DNA of 64,000 nt from Candidatus Thorarchaeota archaeon (GTDB lineage: Archaea; Asgardarchaeota; Thorarchaeia; Thorarchaeales; Thorarchaeaceae), in NCBI GenBank assembly GCA_020348985.1, contig CP070761.1, forward strand, positions 862,324 to 926,323. The letters are read 5' to 3'. The notes beneath the pieces are model-generated. The model ran no database searches, was not told the origin of the DNA, and was given only the letters and a program-made list of their open reading frames with translations. This document shows, piece after piece, positions 40,016 through 49,868 of the stretch (position 1 is its first letter; each line of letters opens with the position of its first letter). The position numbers were made by a program, and so were the translations under genes.

Positions 40016-41431
40016 CTACTCTTCGCGCCACTTTGCCTCTTGCAAGTATTTCGGAATCCCGCTAGAGTCCTGAGGACCGACCTTAACGGTCCATCCAGTG
40101 GTCTCCTCAGTCTCGCCACTGATTCTTGCGGCCATACCTGGACTGATCAGAATCTTGTGATTGACCTTCTCCGCGACTCCGTACTCTTCCATAGACTCAG
40201 CGATTTTTTCGGCTGTGAGTTTACGGCCTGCAACCGCAGACTGAACGCTCATTCCCTCTGTATCGACAACAACGAGCCATGCGTCAACATTGCCTTGCTT
40301 TATGTCGCTTTCAACTGTGAAGTATGTCAATGCGAAGTTTGTCGTGTACATCACGGGAGAGTCAGGACCTGCACTGCCGAATTTCATTAGGCCTGCTTCT
40401 ACTGCTACAGGCTTGACTGGATCAGTGTAGAGGTTGCTTCTCAAGAAGGTCTGGGGAAGATTCGTCCACATGTCAATGCTGTGAGTGACAATGATGTCTG
40501 AATATCTGATTATCATCGCAGACCCCGCAAGAACCTCATTCCATTTTGTGAGCTCAGGAGCTTCGCCTTCACGATGGCCCGCCCAAACTGTGATAGGAGC
40601 AGCAAGCAAAGGATAACCGAAGAGCTCGTTGTCATCGACAGTGGCAGCTCTTCGAAGCTGTGTGAAGTTGTCAACAGTCGTGCCCATTCCGGCCTGAAAC
40701 ACACTGCCCGGATCCATTACAATGTCTTCTATCCCCATCGCACGCAGAGTTGAAACGAGAGTAGCTAGGTTGTCCAAGCTCCCTGGCGCATAGGCTACAA
40801 CAGGAAGATTGTGCTTCAGAGCTAGTTCGCCAACAGTCTCCCAGCTATCAGGAGTTGCCGCGTAAAGCAGCGGTCGCTTGTCTGCAGTAGCATTTGCCGC
40901 GGCCGAAAGCATAGCTGGGTCAAGAGAACACAGAATGATGGGCCAGTCGGTGGTCTCTTCCAGAAGCTTAGCCGCCTTCGAGAAAGTTGCAGGGTCCTTT
41001 GAAACACCACGTAGAGCTATGCCGTCCAATCTGAGATCCTGGCCGATGTAGACATAGGTCCAGTCTTCTATTTCCTTAACTCTCTTCTTGAATTCATCTG
41101 GACTCAGATTGTCGGCAACGTCCAAGAATATCGAAGTGGGATTCGAGTACCTCAGGTCATGTCTGTAAAGGACAAGCTTGCCACCAATTGCCGCAGCCTT
41201 TTCTCCTCGACCTATCGTTATCTCTCTAACCGGAGGACGAATCAGTTCTTGGAGATCGGCTAGCTTCTTTGCGTACTTATCCTCTCGAAACAGTGGATAG
41301 CAAAGATCCACTTTGATCGTGTATTCTGCAAGCTTGGTGGCAAAAGCCATGCAGTTGGCTTCACCACACTCCTGACAATTGGTACCGGGGAGGAGCGGAT
41401 AGATGTCAAGCGGTCCTGCTAGTTTCGCCAT
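40016..41431 (-). CDS. cdhE: ACDS complex gamma subunit (corrinoid Fe-S protein large subunit)
   Basis: LLPGTNCQECGEANCMAFA, YTDPVKPVAVE, TTNFALTYFTVESD, VGPQDSS. Confidence 0.96.
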   Translation of the reverse strand: MAKLAGPLDIYPLLPGTNCQECGEANCMAFATKLAEYTIKVDLCYPLFREDKYAKKLADLQELIRPPVREITIGRGEKAAAIGGKLVLYRHDLRYSNPTSIFLDVADNLSPDEFKKRVKEIEDWTYVYIGQDLRLDGIALRGVSKDPATFSKAAKLLEETTDWPIILCSLDPAMLSAAANATADKRPLLYAATPDSWETVGELALKHNLPVVAYAPGSLDNLATLVSTLRAMGIEDIVMDPGSVFQAGMGTTVDNFTQLRRAATVDDNELFGYPLLAAPITVWAGHREGEAPELTKWNEVLAGSAMIIRYSDIIVTHSIDMWTNLPQTFLRSNLYTDPVKPVAVEAGLMKFGSAGPDSPVMYTTNFALTYFTVESDIKQGNVDAWLVVVDTEGMSVQSAVAGRKLTAEKIAESMEEYGVAEKVNHKILISPGMAARISGETEETTGWTVKVGPQDSSGIPKYLQEAKWREE

Positions 41432-42628
41432 TCATGCTCCCTCCGGGATGGTTACTGTTGTCCAGTCAGCGTAATCCTCAGGTTTCACATCGCGTCTTTC
41501 CATCAACCAGTCAATCAAGTCATGCAGTGTCTTAATTGCGGCAGGATGCATCATCATGAATAGGTCATTTCCAGCCAACAGAAGTGCAAGCGCAGTGACG
41601 CTTTCCCAGATCGGTCCTCTGAGCTCTCTCGGGCCGAGCTCCGGATTCTTTAGCCAAGCTTCTCTCGCAGCCCATGCGTTTGTTGTTCCGGAGCTTATTG
41701 GGTATTGCAGCTCCGAATCACCCAAGAGGCCCGCCAGCCTCATCCTCTGCATCATTGTGAAAGCGTACTCGAGACCATAGCCAAGCGCAGCAGTTGTTGG
41801 ATCAATAACAATCTGCTCGGGTTTGAGCCATTCTATCAATCGTCGATTTAGCTCCTTCTGCTGATTAATGTCCAACGACGTCCATGAGAGAACAACCTGA
41901 TCGTGTCTCTTGGCAGCCTCTGCAACTGGTTCATAAACGTCAACAGTGGCCGAACAAAGCAAGGTCCGCTCTCCTTCCGCTACCTCTGCAGCCTTGGCAA
42001 GAACAGGACCATCCTTCTCAGGATCTCCAGCCGACCCAACTAGAATCGGAACTCTGACGGCTTGAAGCACTTCCTCAACAGTCTTGGCAGCCTCATTAGG
42101 CGAAGTATCCTTTATCTGCCTGTCTGTACTTATCAGATGGACCGTGATTACATCGGCTCCGAACTTGTCGACGCAGAGCTTTGCCCATTCCGCTGGATCG
42201 TGCATAACCTCCTTGTAGTGTGCCTTGACCACGCTTGCCAGAGAGATCGGCATGTCAAAGACATCAGCCGCAATGATTGGACGATTCTTTGGAGGGGCCT
42301 GGAAGAGATCCCAAGCTGGAGCTGTGTGACCCCCTATCGTTATACTGTTGCTCCGAGATCCTCCCTCTCCCTTCGTTGCACCGATAGTGATCTCATGGAT
42401 TGTGCCCGTGTATTGTGGAAGCTTGGCTTGGAACTTGGTAGGAATCAAGGAGGTAGGTCTCGATGGCAACGCTGCTCTTGCTGCAGCTTGTGCCAACTGA
42501 CGAACCATCGGACGCAGGGCTACCTTTAGCTCGTCAACCTCTATGGTGACGTTTTCCAGCTCCAACTCAACGAACTCGCCCAGGAGCTCATCGAGTGGGT
42601 TGCTACGTCCTTCGTCCTGCTCAGTCAT
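41432..42628 (-). CDS. cdhD: ACDS complex delta subunit (corrinoid Fe-S protein small subunit)
   Basis: DVFDM, DPAEWAK, DINQQKELN, DPTTAALGYGLEY, NAWAAREAW. Confidence 0.96.
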   Translation of the reverse strand: MTEQDEGRSNPLDELLGEFVELELENVTIEVDELKVALRPMVRQLAQAAARAALPSRPTSLIPTKFQAKLPQYTGTIHEITIGATKGEGGSRSNSITIGGHTAPAWDLFQAPPKNRPIIAADVFDMPISLASVVKAHYKEVMHDPAEWAKLCVDKFGADVITVHLISTDRQIKDTSPNEAAKTVEEVLQAVRVPILVGSAGDPEKDGPVLAKAAEVAEGERTLLCSATVDVYEPVAEAAKRHDQVVLSWTSLDINQQKELNRRLIEWLKPEQIVIDPTTAALGYGLEYAFTMMQRMRLAGLLGDSELQYPISSGTTNAWAAREAWLKNPELGPRELRGPIWESVTALALLLAGNDLFMMMHPAAIKTLHDLIDWLMERRDVKPEDYADWTTVTIPEGA

Positions 42629-44028
42629 TTCTTTTTGTCACCTTTTCCGATCCTCTTGATAATGACCCTTTCAGCGAATATCTTTGCATTCTTGAAGATG
42701 ATCTCAATTCCTCCGCCAACACCTGGCAGTGCAGCCGTGAATTCGCCAGGAACTGCGACATAATCTTCAGCCGCACCAACGACGGCAGGTAATGCTTCTT
42801 CTTCTTCAACCTCAACCCAACGCTCAGCGACAGGGTGATTATTCTCCCTTAGGAAAGCCTTGAGCTCGTCGATGGAAGATACATCCTTCTCTGTCGGAAT
42901 CTTGTCTCTAACTGATTCGGGTATGAAGTCATAGACTCGTTCCTTGATTGTATCAGGAACCCAGACAATTCGATCCCAACCGCCGTCAACCTGAAGGAAG
43001 CGTGGAGACCGCATGTATTCAACTGCAATCCCATGGAAGCCGGGTATCTGACGACCTCCGGCTGTGGAATCTGCCATGCTGGAGAACGGAAGACCGTTTA
43101 CAGTTTCTCCTTTGTAGTCTCTATGGACAACTCCAAGTCCGTCAACTTCAGGAATCACGAATGCGATTGCTTCGAAGCATCCGCAACTTGTGTGTGGCTT
43201 ATCAAAGGCACTGTAAAGCGCTACAGAGGTCACTTTGCCAAGTGACTTCTCCGCATAGGCCTGATTTACGCCCGTATACTCTCCAGTGAACTCGTCGATT
43301 GTATCGCCTTTCGGAATCGAATATAGCGGTCCCTTGGGATCAACGCGAGCAGCCGCTCGGCCGTCAAACCAGCTAATTGCGCCACAGTTTGCGTAGCGCT
43401 GGGGGGTTATTGTGCAAACGTGTGTTGGTGCAAATGATTGGCAGAGTGAGCATCCGTAGAATGTATCGACATCAGCATCGCTGAGACCCCTGGCTCGTTC
43501 GTCTCGGGCATTGTATCTTGCGACCGCCTCATCGTAGCGACTCGCAATCTCATCAGGGTCTGTGATGAAGGTGATCTGAATCTTCTCTATGATATTCATC
43601 TCACTTTTGAAGAGTCGGATGAGAACCTTGCCAAGATGCTCCAGAGTGTCGAAGCCTTTCTGAAACGATTTCTTGTTGAGCCGGATCCAAATGTCATAAC
43701 GCTGGTTCAGGTGCATCATACCCTCAACGAAGTTGACATACTCGTGGATTCGCCTCTCGATCACACCTTCAAGGTCTGGTTCGATTTGACTACCGGCTAC
43801 TTCAATGAAGATTCCAAAGGGATGAAAACTCCCTTCCTCCATGTCCTTCAGGTCAGGTCCTATAATCATGACCTTTTCGTCTTCGACTTCTCCTTCTTCT
43901 CGTGCAAGGGCAAGCTCGAACTTCTTCTCCATCTTCGGACCTCCGAGCTCGACATACATGTCTTTGCCTCTTACCCTCTCTCCTTCGTATACAACTCCAA
44001 CGTCAACGGGGATATCTTCGAATGACAT
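42625..44028 (-). CDS. cdhC: Acetyl-CoA synthase, ACDS beta subunit
   Basis: YEGERVR, ERRIH, CSLCQSFAPTHVC, HTSCGCFE (A-cluster ligands). Confidence 0.97.
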   Translation of the reverse strand: MSFEDIPVDVGVVYEGERVRGKDMYVELGGPKMEKKFELALAREEGEVEDEKVMIIGPDLKDMEEGSFHPFGIFIEVAGSQIEPDLEGVIERRIHEYVNFVEGMMHLNQRYDIWIRLNKKSFQKGFDTLEHLGKVLIRLFKSEMNIIEKIQITFITDPDEIASRYDEAVARYNARDERARGLSDADVDTFYGCSLCQSFAPTHVCTITPQRYANCGAISWFDGRAAARVDPKGPLYSIPKGDTIDEFTGEYTGVNQAYAEKSLGKVTSVALYSAFDKPHTSCGCFEAIAFVIPEVDGLGVVHRDYKGETVNGLPFSSMADSTAGGRQIPGFHGIAVEYMRSPRFLQVDGGWDRIVWVPDTIKERVYDFIPESVRDKIPTEKDVSSIDELKAFLRENNHPVAERWVEVEEEEALPAVVGAAEDYVAVPGEFTAALPGVGGGIEIIFKNAKIFAERVIIKRIGKGDKKK

Positions 44029-44574
44029 CTACTTTCCTCCTCCGACCATTTTTAGTATTTCATCTAGTTCATCATGCCAACGGTTCTCTTTCATGTTTGG
44101 GAACGACCATTTTGCATGTGGCTGATAATGCCTGCCAAGTGTTATCGCTGTCATGTGATCTCCGAAGTTCATCACAGCTGAGAGTAATGTCCACTGCATA
44201 TAGTATGGTATGCCATAGACCAGAATGAGATCAAATGGGCCGTTTCCCTTGGGTCCAGTCCATTCAGGGTCTTGCAGGTAGAATGCAAGCTCCATTGCTC
44301 CCATTCTGGAGACTTCGTCAAAGCCCTTCTCGAGAAACGCCTTGATTGCATTTCCGGTGGCTATGATGGGTATCTTCGCTGCCTTCGAGAACTCTATTGC
44401 ATAGTCAACCATTGTGCCCTTTCGATGCTTCTGCGTTAAAGCCTCGGATCCGATGACCAACACGGGCTTCTTTGCCTTCTTGATGTCTCTTTCAATCTGG
44501 GCAGCCTTCGTAATCGCCTTGGCACTGTCAGGTCCACAGATTTCTCCAGTCTGCCATGGTATTGCACGCATCAT
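44029..44574 (-). CDS. cdhB: ACDS epsilon subunit
   Basis: PWQTGEICGP, IKKAKKPVLVIG, DPEWTG, YQPHAKWSFPN. Lies between cdhA and cdhC. Confidence 0.93.
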   Translation of the reverse strand: MMRAIPWQTGEICGPDSAKAITKAAQIERDIKKAKKPVLVIGSEALTQKHRKGTMVDYAIEFSKAAKIPIIATGNAIKAFLEKGFDEVSRMGAMELAFYLQDPEWTGPKGNGPFDLILVYGIPYYMQWTLLSAVMNFGDHMTAITLGRHYQPHAKWSFPNMKENRWHDELDEILKMVGGGK

Positions 44575-44576
44575 AT

Positions 44577-46922
44577 TCAGTCCGCACCTCCTGACATAAT
44601 CATACGCTTGAGAAGCGTCGGGTCAGGTATTCTACGCTCTTCCCAATCGTTCTCTTTCATTTGACCCAGAATCTTGTCTTTTAGAGTGATTGGAATATCA
44701 GAGTCACGTCTGATGTACGTCCAGACGTCATCAGGGAAATAGCCGTAATACTTCTCATGGACATCGATGTAGTGACTTAGCTTAATTGAGCGGCCTTTGC
44801 TTGTGTCATTGGGCCTCAAACAGAGCTTTGCCGTCAAGACATTGCATTCTTCCACAGTCTCAGCTGCGTAGAAGAGATGCTCAGGACCAGGCGCGACCGA
44901 AACACGGTCTCCTGTACGGGCATCCCACACAAGCCAGTCTTTCTCCTTGTCAGCTCTTCCCATAAGCATTCGACGGTACTTCGAGCCATGGGGTCCCACG
45001 ATAACTGGGACTCCGAGTCTCCAGAAGCCAGCTGCAATCGAAGCCGCTTTCTGTGACATTGCACCCCAAGAGATTCCTACTGCACCAACTCTGTTGTAGA
45101 TGTAGTCAGCAATCTCTTCGTAGTTGCCTCTAAGATTCCGCTTGGCAAAGATGGCTGCGATCTTGATGGCCGCTCCAGCAATGTGTGAGTTGGAGACACA
45201 AGACCCCACATTGACGACCATTCCGGCGTCGAACTCTCCATCACGCCTCTCGTAGATCGATTTACCTGCCTCATCCAGGACTTGTCCTGCACTCATAGCT
45301 GCACATCCTGAGGCGACTATGATGTACCTTCTACTGGCGAACTCCTCCATCATGTGGTGTACATCTTCACCACCGCCAGGGTAGTTTGCACAGCCAACAT
45401 GAGCAATGACTCCAGGTATCTCACCGAACACAATCGGTTGTCCAACTCGGCGGATTTCTGTGTCCTGAATAGCACCTCTTCCTGTTCTAACCATGAACTT
45501 CTCCTTGTCACATGATGGTTCAGCGGCCTTGACCATCCAACTATGTAGCAGATAGTCGTTAGGACAGGCAGACTCACATCGTGCACACCCAATGCAGTTG
45601 TGATAGATTTCCTCCAGAGGAGCGAAGTTACCTTGTTGAGCCGCTAAGACTGCCTCTTGGACTGGTTGGTCATTAGGACAGGCACGAACGCACTCCATGC
45701 ATTTCTTGCAATCCGCTGCCATCTTCTTGATCTTCGCCTTGCTGGGCAGGATTCCTTTCTTCTTGCGCTTGGGTTTGAGAGCGATGGCAACCTTGGCTGC
45801 AATCTCACCGACCTTCTTGTGGTCGCTCATGTAGACACCAGGTATCTTACCTGAAACAAGATCGTCAATTATCTCATCCACAGGATCATCTGACCTGTCA
45901 GGTAAGCCCATCACAGCCTTGTCACTTGTCGAAATGACTGCGGCCTTGACTTTCTGTGCTTCCTCTACGACGTTTGTGCGGACGCACTGCTCGTCAACGA
46001 TGATGACATCGGCTTTTCCGCTCCTGATGAATCTCAGTTGCCATGAAATCGGGCCAACGACCTTGGCATTGGGGTCTCTCCGAGTGATATCCCAGGCAGT
46101 GCAACAGATTCCACCGACTTCGATCTCATTACCGAGTTTCTTCTCAGTGATGTAGTCAGTAACAGCAGCGGCAGGAACGATATTGTGTCCGATGCACAGA
46201 ACAGTTGCCTTCTCAGGATCCAAATTACCGAAGCCGGCTTCAACAAGCGGCGCCTCTGGATCAGCCTGCGGGAAGTCTAACGTCGATATCTGAGCGAGGT
46301 CACCTATCTCGAGAGCTAGATGATCTGTCATTCCTGCGTGGAATACTTTACTCTCAAAATCCATCCAGTGTCCTTCTTGACCGGTTGCAGTCGCAGACAG
46401 AAGATGGGCCAGCTGACTCTCTGCGTAATCAAGAACTGCACTTGCATCTTCCAGCGTTCTCGGCCTCATTCCTGTTATCAAACGCGTAATCGGAGCATGG
46501 ATCTCAGTGCCAGGGCCTTGAATCAGTGGGGCCCTTGGACCATATTCGTCGATAAGATGGTCAACCAAATGTCTCGCATGTGCAAGATGTGCCGAGGTTC
46601 CAATGTTGGCAGCAGCTAATACAATCCTAGACTGTTGAGCCTGCATATTGATCCCACACGCACCCTTCTTGTTGCCTGTTAGGTCGCATTTTCCAAAGGT
46701 ACACAAGCAACACACCTGACAGTATGGCATGTAGGAGGGCTGGTACCTTGACAACAACTTGTGATCCCATGATCTGAGTGTTGTAGGTCCAGGCATTGGA
46801 GTCGGACCCATAGGTTCGTCCCAATCGTCATCAACTAGTTCGCCAATACTAATCTCAAGGCCTCTGAATCTGCCAAGACCGGTGGTTGCTTCATCACTTT
46901 TGATTCGCACTCTCTTCTTCAT
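44577..46922 (-). CDS. cdhA: CO dehydrogenase, ACDS alpha subunit
   Basis: EPMGPTP, CCLCTFGKC, GICCTA, DEQC, CKKCMECVRACP, CIGCARCESACP, GCANYP, GSCVSN. ATG 46922 is more likely than 47015. Confidence 0.97.
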   Translation of the reverse strand: MKKRVRIKSDEATTGLGRFRGLEISIGELVDDDWDEPMGPTPMPGPTTLRSWDHKLLSRYQPSYMPYCQVCCLCTFGKCDLTGNKKGACGINMQAQQSRIVLAAANIGTSAHLAHARHLVDHLIDEYGPRAPLIQGPGTEIHAPITRLITGMRPRTLEDASAVLDYAESQLAHLLSATATGQEGHWMDFESKVFHAGMTDHLALEIGDLAQISTLDFPQADPEAPLVEAGFGNLDPEKATVLCIGHNIVPAAAVTDYITEKKLGNEIEVGGICCTAWDITRRDPNAKVVGPISWQLRFIRSGKADVIIVDEQCVRTNVVEEAQKVKAAVISTSDKAVMGLPDRSDDPVDEIIDDLVSGKIPGVYMSDHKKVGEIAAKVAIALKPKRKKKGILPSKAKIKKMAADCKKCMECVRACPNDQPVQEAVLAAQQGNFAPLEEIYHNCIGCARCESACPNDYLLHSWMVKAAEPSCDKEKFMVRTGRGAIQDTEIRRVGQPIVFGEIPGVIAHVGCANYPGGGEDVHHMMEEFASRRYIIVASGCAAMSAGQVLDEAGKSIYERRDGEFDAGMVVNVGSCVSNSHIAGAAIKIAAIFAKRNLRGNYEEIADYIYNRVGAVGISWGAMSQKAASIAAGFWRLGVPVIVGPHGSKYRRMLMGRADKEKDWLVWDARTGDRVSVAPGPEHLFYAAETVEECNVLTAKLCLRPNDTSKGRSIKLSHYIDVHEKYYGYFPDDVWTYIRRDSDIPITLKDKILGQMKENDWEERRIPDPTLLKRMIMSGGAD

Positions 46923-47125
46923 TTTCTTGTGCAATCCCCGTGGATGATGGTCGCGTCGGTTACAGCGCGCCATAAATGGTTTGTGAACCGTCAAGAACGA
47001 CCATGAAGTCAGCATATTAAGTTACAGTTCGTAACCCAAAGTGAGAAAAATGAGCTCCATGTCATGTTTGTACGAATGATAAGCTATGGAATGTAAGGAA
47101 TATGCAACCGCGCAAAGTCGTCGTT

Positions 47126-47920
47126 TCAGCGCAGGTTACTACGCAGGTGATCCTTAATCTTCCGCAACTCTGACATTCCCGGTGATTCGGGATTAAGATC
47201 AATCGGGGCCACGCCTTTACGGTCTGCTTCTTTTATGGTCTCGTCCTGAGGGATAATGCCAAGGAGAGGAACACCTTCTTCATCCACTCGACGACGAATC
47301 ATCTCCTCATCTTCATACGTGGCCACCTTGTTGCCTATCGCCAAGATGCGTCCAACATCAATATCTTCTGCCAGTTTCCGAATCTTTGCGAGTATGTCAA
47401 GTGACCTTCGCCCAGGTTCTGCAACAACTAAGAGTGCATCCATGCCTCTAGTCGTACCACGTCCCAGATTCTCAACGCCTGCATCCATATCCATGACGAA
47501 GGCTTCATCGGTTCCCAATATCAGATGTCGCATTAGTTGCTTGAGTAGAGTTGCGGATGGACACATGCAGCCAGAGTCACCTATGTCCACGGTCCCAGCA
47601 ACTAGAAGACTAACATTGTCTGGACCTGAAACGGCGAACTTCTCGGCCAAATCGTCCACAATCGGATTCATCTTGAAGTACATCTTGTATGATTGCGCCG
47701 GATCAATCTCCAGACGTTCCTTAAGCAGCTCCTCATTTTCAGTAAGTGGAACAATCTGTGCGGCGACCTCTTCGGAGATTCCAAGTGCTGACCAAAGGGT
47801 ATAGCTAGGATCAGCATCTACTGCGAGAATTCTAAGACCGTCTTGACCTAATAGCCTTGCAAGCGTCCCTGCAACAGTTGTCTTTCCGACGCCACCTTTG
47901 CCCGCAACTGCAATCTTCAT
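47126..47920 (-). CDS. cooC: Second CooC nickel-insertion ATPase
   Basis: MKIAVAGKGGVGKTT, DADP, SGCMCP, DMDAGVENLGRG. Confidence 0.92.
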   Translation of the reverse strand: MKIAVAGKGGVGKTTVAGTLARLLGQDGLRILAVDADPSYTLWSALGISEEVAAQIVPLTENEELLKERLEIDPAQSYKMYFKMNPIVDDLAEKFAVSGPDNVSLLVAGTVDIGDSGCMCPSATLLKQLMRHLILGTDEAFVMDMDAGVENLGRGTTRGMDALLVVAEPGRRSLDILAKIRKLAEDIDVGRILAIGNKVATYEDEEMIRRRVDEEGVPLLGIIPQDETIKEADRKGVAPIDLNPESPGMSELRKIKDHLRSNLR

Positions 47921-47946
47921 GATTTCATCCTCTTCCTCGTTCTGTG

Positions 47947-49230
47947 TTAATCTCTTACCCTAACGGCATGCAGAAGTCTTCTGAGAACCTCGGTTTCCGA
48001 CAACTGGCCGTTTCCATCTTTGTGGAATGGAATAAGCTGAATGGGTTCTTGATCAACACGCAACATTGTCTCTTCTGTTAGGACCATGTTGGAACCCGCA
48101 GGAATGAACACGGTCGCTCGAGAGGGTGTGAGACCGTCAGGAGGTCCGATGTAGATAAGAGGCAAGCTGGACATACAGGCTCCTAGCTCTCCAGGTAGCG
48201 TCGCAACTATGTCAGATCCGACCACAAGCGCGGCATCGAATCTCTCCCCCAGCAGCAGACTATGCATATTCTGTCCTTCACTATTCGAGGCGCTCCCAGT
48301 CGAGTAGTCGACGGCTGATGGGAATCCCGTTGATCCATTCAACGTTTGCATTGCACCAATCGTGTTCGTATCGGAAGCGACCGGCATAGCATGGGCAGCT
48401 CGACCGTTCTTACGAATGGATTCGATCAACTCCTTTAGTGCCATCAAGTTCTCTGAAGCATAACCAGAAGCGAATAGGCCGCTTCCGTAGAAGAAGACTG
48501 TACTATCTGAGTTCTTGAGCTTATTTGTGAGACTGATGAGTTCGACAGCTGGAATTCCTGCGACCTCTTCTACAATCGATGATGTTCCGGTCAGCTCACC
48601 ACTTATTGCTCTCATTATGTCAGCATCGGAACCGAATGGAATCACCAGCCGATGATTTGCTATCTTCATAGTCTCGGTCTCACGAACATCTACAACCACG
48701 ACTGCTCTGCTTTCAACTCCCTCAGGTATTCTTTCACCTTTGGGAAGTACGGAGAACCTGCTTACGTGTCTGTGACTCGACTCTGTGGGGTTTGAGCCCC
48801 AGTATATCACGACTTCAGCATTGTTTCTAGCATCATCCAAAGTGTAGTCGATGTTCATATCATGCAGCTCGCTAGAGAAAGCTCGAAGAGCTCCGAGACT
48901 TGCTTGTGTATCGAAGAACGCCTTGCAACTTGCAGCAATGTCAAGACCCACCTTGATAGCATCATTAGTGGATCGTGTCCAGCCATAGACCAAAGGCCGC
49001 TTTGCTTCCCTTAGGATTTTGGCCGCTGCCGCCACAGCCTCATCCAAAGAAGCTGAAACAGACTTGCCACTCTTCCTGATAGAGGATTTCGATTCATTTC
49101 TCTTGAGGGCCACTTCCAAGCACTCATGACCGAGACGACAGAGTCCAAGTGACTTCAATTCGCCCTCTTTATACTCGGCCTTGACATCATCACAGAGAAG
49201 CGAACAACCGTCACATACAAGATCCTTCAC
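47947..49230 (-). CDS. fwdB: Formylmethanofuran dehydrogenase subunit B homolog with degenerate active site (FhcB-like)
   Basis: CDGCSLLCDD..CRLG, AKRPLVYGW, VIYWGSNP...RHVSR are present. The canonical ASVCHG and RGHYN motifs are replaced by ASLGAL and ASDTN. Confidence 0.85.
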   Translation of the reverse strand: MKDLVCDGCSLLCDDVKAEYKEGELKSLGLCRLGHECLEVALKRNESKSSIRKSGKSVSASLDEAVAAAAKILREAKRPLVYGWTRSTNDAIKVGLDIAASCKAFFDTQASLGALRAFSSELHDMNIDYTLDDARNNAEVVIYWGSNPTESSHRHVSRFSVLPKGERIPEGVESRAVVVVDVRETETMKIANHRLVIPFGSDADIMRAISGELTGTSSIVEEVAGIPAVELISLTNKLKNSDSTVFFYGSGLFASGYASENLMALKELIESIRKNGRAAHAMPVASDTNTIGAMQTLNGSTGFPSAVDYSTGSASNSEGQNMHSLLLGERFDAALVVGSDIVATLPGELGACMSSLPLIYIGPPDGLTPSRATVFIPAGSNMVLTEETMLRVDQEPIQLIPFHKDGNGQLSETEVLRRLLHAVRVRD

Positions 49231-49239
49231 TCGATCACC

Positions 49240-49713
49240 TCACCAAATCTCGATAGCGTCGGTGCAACAGTACTGCTCACATACTCTACAATTGAGACGG
49301 TCCGGTGGGAATCTGCGGCATTTTTGGAGATTGATTATCTTCGATATGCCATTTTCCACACGAAAGACGGTCTCTTCGGTCATTGCAGCCTTTCCAAGAC
49401 TTGTCGGCGGTTCGGCTGCAACATCAACTGGACACACTACAACACAGTTTCCGCAGCCTGTGCATTTCTCTTCATCAAGCTTGATACCAGTTTCTTCGGC
49501 CGTTAGCATGGGAGCGACAAGTTCTCTCAGTTTTGCAAGATTCTCCTCGAAACCCGATTCAAGCAAGGGAGGACAGTCATCTGGTTGGACGTCTCCTAGG
49601 GCTAGCTTCGTCGCAAAGGCCATGCAGGTCTTGGGCTCACATAGTCTGCAGTTTGTCTTTGGAAGCAGATTGTAAAGCTCCATCGGGTTTAGTTTCACGT
49701 TCTTTTTCACCAT
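49240..49713 (-). CDS. fwdG: FwdG/FmdG-type ferredoxin with N-terminal Fe-S domain
   Basis: LLPKTNCRLC...CMAFA...CPPL, CTGCGNCVVVCP, CRR...CRVCEQYC. Directly upstream of fwdB. Confidence 0.8.
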   Translation of the reverse strand: MVKKNVKLNPMELYNLLPKTNCRLCEPKTCMAFATKLALGDVQPDDCPPLLESGFEENLAKLRELVAPMLTAEETGIKLDEEKCTGCGNCVVVCPVDVAAEPPTSLGKAAMTEETVFRVENGISKIINLQKCRRFPPDRLNCRVCEQYCCTDAIEIW

Positions 49714-49868
49714 GGAAGCCTGTTCTTAGGCGTTTCGAGCGGTTTTGTGACCTTTACAGCTATTCCACAAGAATTATCCGGTATAGTCAAGACCGCTTCA
49801 TGTCCACATTGGCAAAGTAATATCAACATCTAGATAGGGACACGTCGAGTGTCTAGCATCGAAAACCG

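Noticed and set aside
47021-47035. GTTAC-N5-GTAAC palindrome upstream of cdhA
   Set aside because: Only 5-bp arms and no clear second full copy. Insufficient to call an operator.
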